A DNA stretch of 60,086 nucleotides, counting the filler, from Trypethelium eluteriae (lineage: Eukaryota), in NCBI GenBank assembly GCA_051942245.1. It is 3 parts of 3 records of this genome, joined end to end, with 100 filler letters (N's around TTAATTAATTAA, not from the genome) between each part and the next. Parts side by side here need not be neighbours in the genome. Positions count along the whole stretch, not along the records: positions 20,071 to 40,029 come from JAVECL010000508.1; positions 40,130 to 60,086 come from JAVECL010000509.1; 1 more part is not named here. One strand, given 5' to 3'. This document shows, one piece after another, positions 37,128-47,711 of this stretch (the first letter of the stretch is position 1; every line of letters begins with the position of its first letter). Made by a program: the position numbers and the translations under genes. A model generated the notes under the pieces. That model did no database searches and had not been told where the DNA came from. It saw only the letters and a program-made list of their open reading frames with translations.

Positions 37128-39170
37128 ATGCCTTCTTCCGCACCTCCTCGGCGTTTCCAACCTCAACCTGTCGAGACAACGTCCAAGTCATCTCGCAAAG
37201 CTGCTCCAGAAAGCACAGAAAATACAAACAAAAAGCCAAGAAAGTTCGCCCCCGAGCCTTTAGAGTCATCCATCTTTAGCTCCAAAGACCACACAGCTGA
37301 GCATGGAGAGATCAAAAAGCCACCTCGCAGGTTTGTCCCTGAACCTGTCGAGAGCACTACGTCGTCGCGCAGAGGCAATGATCATGCGGCGTCATCAGGA
37401 CATACGAAAAAGAAGTTTAGTCCGCAATTAGTAGAAACTTCTTCTGGGGGAAACCGTAAGGATGGCGGGAGCAAGTACAAGGACGGCAGTGATGAAGAAG
37501 GGTCCAGAACAACGAGCACCAGCAGACCCAGAAAGTTCTCGCCTCAACTGATGGAGACTTCCAAACGAAGCCGCAAATCCGGCGATGAGGTGCCTGCTGT
37601 ATTGCAATCCGACAGAACAGATGTTGTGTCTGGATCTGTTGACCAAGAAACCTCAAAATCACGGGCTCGAGCTCCACCTGTAGCTCCTCAAAATACCGTT
37701 GCTGAGGATCCTCCTTCATTACAGCATCTAGACTTAGGTAATCGGTCGCAGATACGGTCCAGCTCGCACAGCAGCCACCGTCAGCACTCATTTCGAGTCC
37801 CGGAGCTAGATCCCATTGAATCATCAGGTTCTGAAGAGGATTCTAACCCCCCTTCTCTGTCCACTTCCCCTTCTACAAACTCGGATCACATGCTTTCCTC
37901 CAACCCTTCCAATGAAGCCTATAGAGATGCCACTAGAATGCGAGAAAGTGTCGATGACCGATTCTCTGGCTATCTCTTGCAATTAGCAGCCAGAGCGGCA
38001 GAAACGCAGCTTCGAGAGCAAGCGATGGCAGCATTTCCAAACTCAGATTTCCATGAACCAGTGGATCACTATGTCGATAAGGATGATGAGGAATCCGATC
38101 AAGGCCTAGATGATCGTGTAGCGACCTGGGAAGCACACGACGAGTACATTGATCGGAGAGAGACTTCCGGTAAGGTCAATTGGGAGCTACTGGAAATGCA
38201 GAGATATCAAGAAAAGCTCGAGCTTCAGCGGGAAAAGGAACGAGAGTCTGAGCGTCAAAGTACAAAGCGACCATCACGAGGACCATGGTGGAATCCTGTC
38301 GCTACACTCAAAGCATACAACGATTTCCAACAAAAGGACAGTGAGTTGAAGCAAATGCGTAGTGCTGCCAGTCCGCCCATGTTAGGGGGCGATATACGCT
38401 TTCCGCGATGCCCATCTCCTGAACCAGCTCGCTTTGACGTAACGCAAAGTTCAGAAGCTGGTCGCAACGCAGTGTCTTCCCCAGTGGAGCACAATGGACC
38501 TGCGGAAGACGAGCACGGTCTATGGGGCGGGCCTAATAAGAAGGACAAAGACAAGAGCTCTCCACCGCGTAGCAGACCGCGTAGCAATGATCATCCGCGT
38601 TCTGGGGGATTGTGGGGGGGATTTTGTCATGCCGATGGCGACGATAAACTGGAAGTGCCTCCCGCTCGGAATGGACTAATGACCCCAACTTCAGAGCCAG
38701 AGAACCCGTTTGATAGGATGTCAATGACGCCGGCTCACAGACAAAAACCGTCTCATTCTAATTTGGCCACGTCCAAAGAGGCGGTTGCCAGTCTGGACGC
38801 TCGACTGGCCACTGAACAAACAATGGATGAAGAATTCTCAGACTCTTTCGTCACCCAAGTGTACAACTATCTATCTCTTGGATACCCTGCCTTGGCACGA
38901 CCGTACGATCATGAGCTTTCCCGGATCTCTAAGATCGACGTGGCTGAACTCAGGCAGGATGACAAGATGGCAAATAGTCGGGGCTACATACTGCTCGGTG
39001 AAGACGGGGAGATCACGGGCAAGGGCCAGGGTGTGAGTGAAGAAAATTGTGCTCGCTGGCGGGCTCTGCGGCGGTACGTTCGTGAGTGGGTGAGGCAGCA
39101 GCCGCGCATGGACAAGGAACCCCTTGGACAGTGGGGCGTCGGTCCACGAAGAGGCAGCTGGGCGTTCTAG
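37128..39170 (+). CDS. Intronless 680-aa fungal protein of unknown function with five N-terminal repeats
   Basis: Long ORF with ordered-looking blocks (RESVDDRFSGYLLQLAAR; FVTQVYNYLSLGYPALARPYDHELSRIS; CARWRALRRYVREW; RRGSWAF). Confidence 0.85.
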   Translation: MPSSAPPRRFQPQPVETTSKSSRKAAPESTENTNKKPRKFAPEPLESSIFSSKDHTAEHGEIKKPPRRFVPEPVESTTSSRRGNDHAASSGHTKKKFSPQLVETSSGGNRKDGGSKYKDGSDEEGSRTTSTSRPRKFSPQLMETSKRSRKSGDEVPAVLQSDRTDVVSGSVDQETSKSRARAPPVAPQNTVAEDPPSLQHLDLGNRSQIRSSSHSSHRQHSFRVPELDPIESSGSEEDSNPPSLSTSPSTNSDHMLSSNPSNEAYRDATRMRESVDDRFSGYLLQLAARAAETQLREQAMAAFPNSDFHEPVDHYVDKDDEESDQGLDDRVATWEAHDEYIDRRETSGKVNWELLEMQRYQEKLELQREKERESERQSTKRPSRGPWWNPVATLKAYNDFQQKDSELKQMRSAASPPMLGGDIRFPRCPSPEPARFDVTQSSEAGRNAVSSPVEHNGPAEDEHGLWGGPNKKDKDKSSPPRSRPRSNDHPRSGGLWGGFCHADGDDKLEVPPARNGLMTPTSEPENPFDRMSMTPAHRQKPSHSNLATSKEAVASLDARLATEQTMDEEFSDSFVTQVYNYLSLGYPALARPYDHELSRISKIDVAELRQDDKMANSRGYILLGEDGEITGKGQGVSEENCARWRALRRYVREWVRQQPRMDKEPLGQWGVGPRRGSWAF

Positions 39171-40029
39171 CTCCTGCCATCTCTTTTGATTATACCATTC
39201 ATCCTCTTTCCTTGTGCTTTTTTGCTTTGAGAGAAGATCGTTTTGTTCCTATGTAGCGGGCTCATGACCGTGCTACAATCCGTTCTACCTTTTGGGCTAC
39301 TTCTACGGGACATCTGGCGCTCGAAACGCATCATCAGGTACTGTTTGGATTTACAGTGGCCCTATCTGCTTGCCTTGGCGGCACGTATCTTTCATTCTTT
39401 TTGGATCCACAGTGTTTACGAAAGTGTCACTGTGCAAATGTCTTCTCTGCTTGTCGTATCTTTTAGCGACGTGGCGTTGGGTGTCAGGAAAGAGCATACA
39501 TGGCGATCTGTAGCGATCTTGCGATCTTGATTGTTAAGTGTCAGCATTTAGCGGAGGGAATATGATACGACCCTGCGGTCTCGATGTTTGGAAAGTAGGC
39601 GCAAGAATGGCATTTATCAATTGAGGCGGCGCTTCAATGGGAGGCAGCAGCGGAGGTCAGATTGGACTACATATCCCGGCAACATCGGAGGTTTTTGGAA
39701 ATTTAACAACAATAGCGGATTACATAGTATGAAAATCTTGGATTGATAAAACATTTTCTGCTCTTATTGGTGGTTATCGAGATCCCTTCTACCGTTCTCT
39801 GGCTCGGAGTTTTGGTGCTCCGCAATCTTCAGAGCTCCCTCCCCGCGTCAAATCTTCTGAGCTCCGTGACTATAGCTAGTCCACCACCAACATCAATGGA
39901 CCACCAAGCTCCAGCCTCTGCAACCGGAACATCTCGCCCACGACCGCATCACAGTTCCACCAGTGCCCTTGGCAAATTTCCGCTCCCATCGCGAACATCC
40001 ACAGTCCCTGCCCCCACATCCTCCACTCC

Positions 40030-40129
40030 NNNNNNNNNNNNNNNNNNNNNNNNNNNNNNNNNNNNNNNNNNNNTTAATTAATTAANNNNNNNNNNNNNNN
40101 NNNNNNNNNNNNNNNNNNNNNNNNNNNNN
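40030..40129. other. Assembly gap spacer (N44-TTAATTAATTAA-N44)
   Basis: Same artificial linker as at 19971. Confidence 0.97.
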
Positions 40130-41333
40130 GGGTGCGGGACTTGGTAGTCCATGATGGAGACGGCGCTGTCGAAGACGGTGGAGCTGAAGTAGTCGTTGCC
40201 GGTGAGTGGAGCGGCGGGGGTGGAGGGAGGCGAAGTTGGGAGGTCGGAGAGTCGGAAGCGATCATGGACGGCATGGGTGACGTTGATCCAGGTGACGGAG
40301 GTTGGGGGGATGCGGTCCTGGATTGCTTTGATGACTTTGGGGAAGGCATGACCAGTGCCGGAGGGGCAGGGGAGAGCGTGAGAGAGCAATTTGATGGATG
40401 TGACGCTATGGTTCTGGGGATGGAGATTTGTAGCTATCGTCTGGGTTAGTCAAACTTCTCTGATATTTGTTTCTCAAAACCTTTCGACTCACTAAAGTTG
40501 TCGATGGCGTGGGATAGCCATTGGTCAATTTGCGGAGGAGGCTCAATGGTGGTCGGAATTTGTCCAGCAGCAGGCTGAGCCGGATTCGCTCCACCGTTGG
40601 TCGACCCAACAGCTTGCGTAGATTCTGCATTCCCATCTTCTGTAGCACTCCCGGGAGACTCTGCACCTGCGAGGGACACAGTCGCTCGGGCACTCCAGTC
40701 GATCGAGCCGCTCTCCACGGGTGGAGTGATAGTTGGAACATGTTGATGCAACGGACTTTGGAAGACGTCTTTGGAGTGCTCTCTCCTACCTTCAGAGGGA
40801 GGATTTTGAGGCATTTCTGATCCAAGGGGGACTGCCTTCGAGGGTACTGCAGTTGAGGCTGGTGTAGTACGCTCGTCACTATCTGTCACGATCGGTGAAC
40901 CAGCTTCGACATCAACTACAGCAGCTTGAAGATCAAGGACTGGATTGTCTGGGTTGCGCGCGGCGATTCCGAGGAGATGAAATGAAGGTAATTGCAAGGC
41001 TCGACCAGTTTTGGGAGTGGCGGGAGCGATCTCCAAAGTCGCCATGGAAGGAATTGGGCCATGAAGAGCATCGAATAGCTCCAATTCGCAGTCCTGTCTG
41101 TCATCCGGCGTTTTCAGTGGTTCTAATCTGACAGCCTGAGGCTCGGGAGCAATGAGGGTATTATGACTTTCAGGAAGAGACGGCATTGATATCTGAGGGT
41201 CTGGAGATGCATCTTCTGCCCTGAAATTATCCCGCAAAGGTACAGAGAGGTCCTCAAGTACAGGGGATATTGGACATAATACTCTCTGGGCATCTTGCCG
41301 TTGTATGTCAGAATCAATGTTTACAGTCGTCAT
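40130..41333 (-). CDS. Fungal hypothetical protein, 3' part lost in the gap; exons 41333-40493 and 40433-40130+
   Basis: ORF 40446..41333 joins LSHALPCP...WINVTHAV...LSDLPTSPPSTP...DYFSSTVF through intron 40434-40492 (GTGAGT...CTAAC...TAG). Confidence 0.7.
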
Positions 41334-44174
41334 GGGTCCAGAGAGAACGGTCGATCCGGGTGTGGTAGCCGGACGAGGCCGTTCAGTAGGCCAGGGTCAA
41401 ATATCAAGGTGAATTCTCCGAGGGCTAGATTTCAAAGGTTCCAAAAGAGAGGTCATCTGACTCAAATCGATAACGAAGGTAGACTTTAATTAGGTTGCAT
41501 CGGAATATTGCGAGACGAGGCGCACAAGCGAGCGAAGGTGCCAGAAAAAGCCACGGGAAGAGACAACGAGATCAGTGATGCAGCAATGGGACAGAACTGA
41601 CAGCGTGAGCAGGGCTGGCTGGCAGGAGACTCATTTTGAGAGAGTCGCACAGCAGCAAATGCTGGCTTGGAGGAACAACGGCCTCCCTGCTGCAGGACTC
41701 TAGGCCAAGTGTGTCAGAAAGTACATTCTTGGGCGGTGGGCGAAGCCGCTGGGCCGCCCCGGGATTGGCCGCAAGGATGGCGCGATGCTGAATAGAGAGC
41801 AAGACAGCAAAATATTGGCGGGCGACCGTAGAGTTGCTGGATGAGCGTTGGATGTTTTTGCAGCATGCCCACGCGTCTACCGCGTTCTAGACCCAGCGGC
41901 CAGCGCCTTTACCGACAAATCCTAATCCGTTTCTCGCCCGCCTCCCAAGCTCCTCTATTTCTCTCCCAACAAGTAGTCCTCAGGCTCAGGCTGAGGTATT
42001 TTAATTTCCGCCGCTCTTCTCTCCATTGCGCTTCTTTCTTGACCGACTTGCCTTATAAGGCATTGCGTCCTACCAGCAGCCTGCGGCCACCCGTCTGCTC
42101 GTAAGGGCAGAGATGGCAATCTGACAAGTCCGTGAGCCATGATGCAGCATCGTGTTCCTCGGCGATGGAACAAGCCCTGATCCTGGAAGATCAGGATCTG
42201 AGGACCTGTAGGCTGAAGGGCCGAATCTGGCATCCGCACGTGCCGAAGCAGTCAAGCGACTTGAGTAGATGTTCCTTCCGAGAATACGCTCTTTGTGACA
42301 CAATGTCAAGCAGAAGCAACGTATCGCAATTGATTGCCTGCATGCGGCATCGTTGCCTTGCTCAGAAGTTGAGCCCAGCACCATGACTTCGTAAGGTAAC
42401 GCGTTAGTTGAAGTTTGCTGACTGATGCAAACCATGTAGGCAGAGGACTTGGAAAATTTGCAAGGGGTCCTCCTCGTTTCGATATCCTGCGCCACCGCAA
42501 GATGGGCTGATGTTGTTGCCATAGGGGTCGTCGTTTCAACCTTGGCCAGGATTCATATGCACGAAGTAAGCCGTACTCCTGCATGATCTTTAATTCTCAC
42601 CACCAAGTACTGCCTCCATCTAGACCTCGTCGGCGACATGATATATCGGATCGATGACTTTTTCGCCGCCTAATTCCGTGAAACTTTATTCCCGTGCGCC
42701 CAACTTTTCCTACGTGGCATGCTGTCTGTGTGGATGCCGCTTCATGTGGAGCGCTTGTAGAAAAGGCTTGGCCTCGGGCTCAAAAATCGCTGGATCTTCG
42801 GTATCTTCCTTGAGGATCCATAGTGGATATGTGCCATCGGTATCAAGGCTAGGCTCACATGCCCCTGCAACGAATGGACGCTGCATACGACTGTGCATTT
42901 GAGTAAAGGCGACCGCTAGAGGTCGGGAATCTACCGGCTCGGTGTTTCAGCACCTACTTATACCATTCCCCGTTTTGCAAGGTCGTTCCGTTCCCCGATC
43001 TGGGGGGCCTATGGAATTATTGAAGCAGGACCAAACCCTTCGCGGGAGCAAGACGAAACTTGAAAAGACAAAACTCGGAGATTGCCTCCTAAAGAGATTG
43101 TTTGTCGTCGTAGAGTGTGTGCAACATGACATGTTTTAGGCCTGTCGATCCATTCTAAGTTATGCGAAATGCAGTAAATATCATTGCTGATCACCTAGAA
43201 TCCGTCTGTCTTCGTCAAATGAGCGATGAATAGAGCGCCAAAGCCTCTTTTCATTGGTTGAGATATTTCCTGAGATCTCCTTGGTCTTTTTTCCACGCAC
43301 AGATCCGCAGGGACTACTTTTCACCACACTACATCAGCTCTTCAATATATTATTCCATGGCCCAGAGACGCGTAAGGCTTGCATTGTTCTGAATGTTGCG
43401 CACGGTTGATCTTCCTGTCATGTACAATCATTGACAAAATCTCAGTAAGAACGCACTTTGGACGACTTTGCTGTAATCTACCTTAGAAGTTGGGGGGAAG
43501 AGAGAGAGTTCGCTTGATGAGAGTTGACGAGATCTCGACCTTTAGATCATATGAAGTCTGGAGCACACTTGTTGTTCTGCAGTTATTTCTGAGCTTTTGA
43601 GAAGAATTGTCCTAGAGTCGACAAACCCTTTGCTGGCCGCCTAGCCTGCCAGGTCATTTACTAAAAATATGCCAAACTCATCTGAAGCGAATTTCGGCTG
43701 TATCCGGCGACGTTGGGTGGTTGAGTCATACTAGAGCTTGGAAATTCGCGTGAATGGGATATGTTTTCTGCAATAAGTATGAAACTAATCGGAAAACAAA
43801 GCCGTCTAAGCGGATTGCGTGCTCTCAGGCATCCGGCCATATAGAACTTAGTGTCGGTTGTGATTGGCTCGAGGATTAACAATGCACTCCGCATTTTGTC
43901 AGCGTCACACGGCGGAGAGAGTTCGGCAACGGTATGACGTTGTTGAGTCGAGACTCGATGGCAATGGTGAAAGCCGGTTCAAAGATACATATAAGTAGCT
44001 GATAGAACAACTTGCTGCCATATCAAGTCAATCATCATCAACCAACTCGAAAGATCCGTTCCATCTCATACTAGACGCACTCTGCGTAAAGCGCCTGCGA
44101 GTCCAAATCTGCACATTGGCACCAGCATAATACGTCTCCTGAACTTGAACGCTAAAGACCTACCAACCAGAACA

Positions 44175-45074
44175 ATGACGACCGCCGCACCAATCCAGCC
44201 CACTCCCGCCCACCAACTTCAACCCTTCCTCTCCTCCATCCTCGACGACGCCACTAAAAACCAAGGTAGTCCCGTTCCCAGGGGGCCCGTCCGCTCCAAT
44301 CTCATCTTCTACGCCCCACCCGCTGATGGCGCCACCCCCTTCAACTACGTCAGTGACCCGCCCGCCGGCCAACCGAAGAACAACTTCGGCTCGAACGTGC
44401 AACAGATCAACATCAACGACGTGCGGGGCCGGGAATCGCAGTTCACCCTCGCCAACAACGCCTTCCAGGTGCTGTCCGGCATTGAGAGCGAAGAGAAGGA
44501 CTTCACCGACGACGAGCATATCAAGCGAGTGTACTACCCTGAGGTAGAGAAGCTGCTGCTGGACCACGTGCCCGGGGCAAACCGCGTGCTGCTGTTCGAC
44601 CACACAATTCGGCGGTCGAATCCCAATGCGTCGCGAGGGCCGGTGCAGCGTGTGCACATTGATCAGACGCCCAAGTCTGCGGAGGCGCGCGTGAGACATC
44701 ATTTGCCGGATGAGGCCGAACAGCTACTGAAGGGACGGTATCGCATTATCAATGTGTGGAGGCCGCTCAATGGACCCGTGGTTGCGAGCCCACTGGCAAT
44801 CGCAGATAGCGCATCGGTGAGGGATGAGGATTTGGTTGGTGTGGAGCATCGGTATCCCGATCGAACTGGAGAGACGGCCGGAGTGAAGCACCGAGATGGT
44901 CAGGTGTGGTACTATTGGAGTGGAATGAAGAATGACGAGAGATTATTCTTGCAGTGCAGCGATAGCGAGAATTTCAGTGGGCGTGTTCCTCACACAGCAT
45001 TTGTGGATCCAAGGACACCGGAGGGTGCACCTGGCAGAGAGTCCATTGAGGTTCGGGCGCTTGTGTTTGGTTGA
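44175..45074 (+). CDS. CmcJ/NvfI/AsaB-like Fe(II)/2OG-type oxygenase (hydroxylase/desaturase)
   Basis: FDHTIRR, VHIDQT (HxD), RYRIINVWRPL..PV...PLAIAD, WYYWSGM, VPHTAF and RESIEVRALVF; intronless; TATA-like element at about 43990. Confidence 0.85.
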   Translation: MTTAAPIQPTPAHQLQPFLSSILDDATKNQGSPVPRGPVRSNLIFYAPPADGATPFNYVSDPPAGQPKNNFGSNVQQININDVRGRESQFTLANNAFQVLSGIESEEKDFTDDEHIKRVYYPEVEKLLLDHVPGANRVLLFDHTIRRSNPNASRGPVQRVHIDQTPKSAEARVRHHLPDEAEQLLKGRYRIINVWRPLNGPVVASPLAIADSASVRDEDLVGVEHRYPDRTGETAGVKHRDGQVWYYWSGMKNDERLFLQCSDSENFSGRVPHTAFVDPRTPEGAPGRESIEVRALVFG

Positions 45075-45289
45075 GACGCTTATTATATCATTTGAGCAAT
45101 GTGCTGGCGAGTGTTTGTTCTGTGACATGTTAGTGAATTATGTAACATAAATGATGTTTCAATGACAAAAGATGCTGAGACATCTACCTTTTCTCCACCA
45201 TTGTGAGCACAGACTGTAGTTTTTAAGCTGTTATGAGGGATTCGAGAACATCACAGCACTTTAGAATACTGCGTCCTCAAAGGATAATG

Positions 45290-45796
45290 TCACGTCACTC
45301 CATTGGTTATTCCATTAACTTGCTCAGCCTCCGTCTCCTCCATCTCCTCCGACTCTTCAAATTTAGGGTACTCTGTGCCGCCAAGCACCTCATACACAAC
45401 CATAACGATCTCGCGCTGCTGCTCTTCGCTGAACCTTGCCTCGAAATCCTCAATGACCAGTGTCATATGCGTTATTTTCCATGGCCTTAGATTAGATATT
45501 TGCAATAGTTCTGGCTTGGTTAGCCTATATGGCTTCAACCTCTGGCATAGCATAGGAATCGCAGTCGCTGGGTTGTACGCCGTAGGACCAGCGAGAGGTG
45601 TAGGAGCTTCGGGTCTGGTAAGTCGATGTTCGACATTTTCCATGACGCTAATTAAGTTTCCAGGACGAGACCGGAGGCTACTGTTTCGTTCCCGAGCTTG
45701 AGCTTCGCGTTCCTTCCACCTTGATCGCAAGTCCCGGATACGACTAAGCACTTCGGCATTGCTGAGCTGTGCTGTGCCCGTGTCGACGATCCTCAT
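45290..45796 (-). CDS. RPC17: RNA polymerase III subunit C17 (Rpb4/RPC9 family)
   Basis: N-terminal LSNAEVL and HRDC-like LTKPELLQISNLRP...LVIEDFEARFSEEQQREI motifs. Confidence 0.85.
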   Translation of the reverse strand: MRIVDTGTAQLSNAEVLSRIRDLRSRWKEREAQARERNSSLRSRPGNLISVMENVEHRLTRPEAPTPLAGPTAYNPATAIPMLCQRLKPYRLTKPELLQISNLRPWKITHMTLVIEDFEARFSEEQQREIVMVVYEVLGGTEYPKFEESEEMEETEAEQVNGITNGVT

Positions 45797-46198
45797 GGTA
45801 GAATTGGACTTCAGATGGAGACTCTTATCTTAGTTGAAGTGGCTTTGGTAGCCTTCGCCAGTGCACAAAGGGGATATAAGTTGTGGGAGGTGTAACATTT
45901 TGGCATCCAGATAAAGTTTTGACTGTACGAAGGTACCTTGAACCAGATCCAAATTTTAATGGCCGTATGCCGATAATCTAGAGCTCTCGGCAGCGGGGAA
46001 ACTGCACTCCGAGGTGGTGCCTTGGCCTGCCTAAGTACGTATTTTTGCATGTTGGCATTGCCCGACTCCGAAGTGATCTACCTACTTGTCTACAAAATAC
46101 AAGCCTTCCTACGTTTCCTCGCCTCACTTTTCCTTGCTGTGCGCCAGCCTCATCTAGCTTTACAATTCTGCTTCGAGCAAGATCAGCAGCTAACAGCG

Positions 46199-47218
46199 AT
46201 GTGGATTGTCGACTGGTTCGTTCCCTTGCTCTGAATATCAAGATTGCCTATCTAATCTAACGTTTAGGTGTAAGCAATCTTTCTCAATGCGCCCAAGAAT
46301 GAAATGCGACTTGAAGAGTGGCTTTCGGTGCAAGAATGATCGTTAACATCTTATCCAGTCTTCGAGACCTTAGCTTCGCTTGGTCTATGGAACAAGCATG
46401 CTAGTGAGTCTCAACTGTACAACAGATAAGACCCTGAGGCGAAGCATTAAACGAGAATACAGAGCTTCTATTTCTTGGCCTCGACAATGCAGGAAAGACA
46501 ACACTATTGCATATGCTAAAGAACGACCGTGTCGCGATGCTTCAACCCAGTAAGCAGCTGAATCAACCATAGATCTGTTACCAAGATCCCTTGCTAACGC
46601 GCTGCAGCACTTCATCCAAGTAAGCGCACTCGTGCATTTGGTCATTATGTTCGAGTCTGCTAACCACCCAATCAGCATCCGAAGAACTCTCCATTGGCAA
46701 CGTATCGCACCCTCCTCTTCTACTCTCCGGTCGTCCCCAAAACAAATTGACTAATTCCTTTCCTTCAGGTCAAATTCACCACCTTCGATCTCGGTGGCCA
46801 CGCCCAAGCTCGGCGCCTCTGGCGGGATTATTTCCCCGAAGTCTCGGGTGTCGTCTTCCTCGTGGATGCCAAGGACCCTGAGCGCTTCGTTGAAGCGAAG
46901 GCCGAGCTCGACGCTCTACTCTCCATGGAGGAGCTCAGCCGGACACCGTTCCTCGTGTTGGGAAACAAGATCGATCACCCAGAGGCGGTAAGCGAGGAGC
47001 ACCTACGAAGTGTGTTGGGGCTGTACCAGACGACAGGGAAGGGGAAGGTACCGTTGGAGGGCGTGAGGCCGTTGGAGGTGTTTATGTGTAGTGTGGTGAT
47101 GAGGCAGGGTATGTACTCTATATTCCCGAAATGCGGGACCAGGAAGCCGAGGTGAGAGATGCTGACGGTTTGGATAGGTTATGGCGACGGTATCAGATGG
47201 TTGAGCCAGTATGTGTAG
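46199..47218 (+). CDS. SAR1: Small COPII GTPase Sar1; exons 46199-46215, 46268-46269, 46359-46403, 46463-46549, 46608-46619, 46676-46701, 46769-47108, 47178-47218
   Basis: Spliced product [59 protein letters not shown]...FDLGGH..ARRLW...GNKID...[22 protein letters not shown]. Confidence 0.96.
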
Positions 47219-47711
47219 AGCGGTGGTCCCAGAGGACGTGGGTTTCAGCCTCGAGGATTGCGGAATGGCATACGTCTGGGTTCTACTGGACAATGTATGA
47301 GGGCGAAAGAAATGTTCTGCTTAGGCGAAGCGAGGGATCCACACATGGATGGCGTTGAGATATCTTTGCATCCAGACTTGTAGTATCTAAAGTAAAGACT
47401 TCATCGATGTGCCATCACACGTTTCATTCACAACGTGAAACCACTCCTCTGTCTTTGCCACATCAGAAAACACTATCGAAATCAAGCCACCTGGTCAAAT
47501 ATTGAAAAGCCGCACCATCAACTTCAATCCCATCATTCAACTGAAAAGCTTCTCAAATAGGCCAGGAATATGACGAAAAGATCGTTCGTCAATGCTCGTG
47601 TAGACGCCAGGCTCCGAGGCGAACTCCATCCGTAAATCCGAAGCAGCGCCGTCCACCATATATGCACAAAAGGCAGTATGCAACAAACACAAGTATTATT
47701 TGAGCGAATAA

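Noticed and set aside
41955..42900. Possible HET-domain pseudogene remnant
   Set aside because: Diagnostic HET motifs (ALSYxWG, WIDAICI, WTLQE) are absent.
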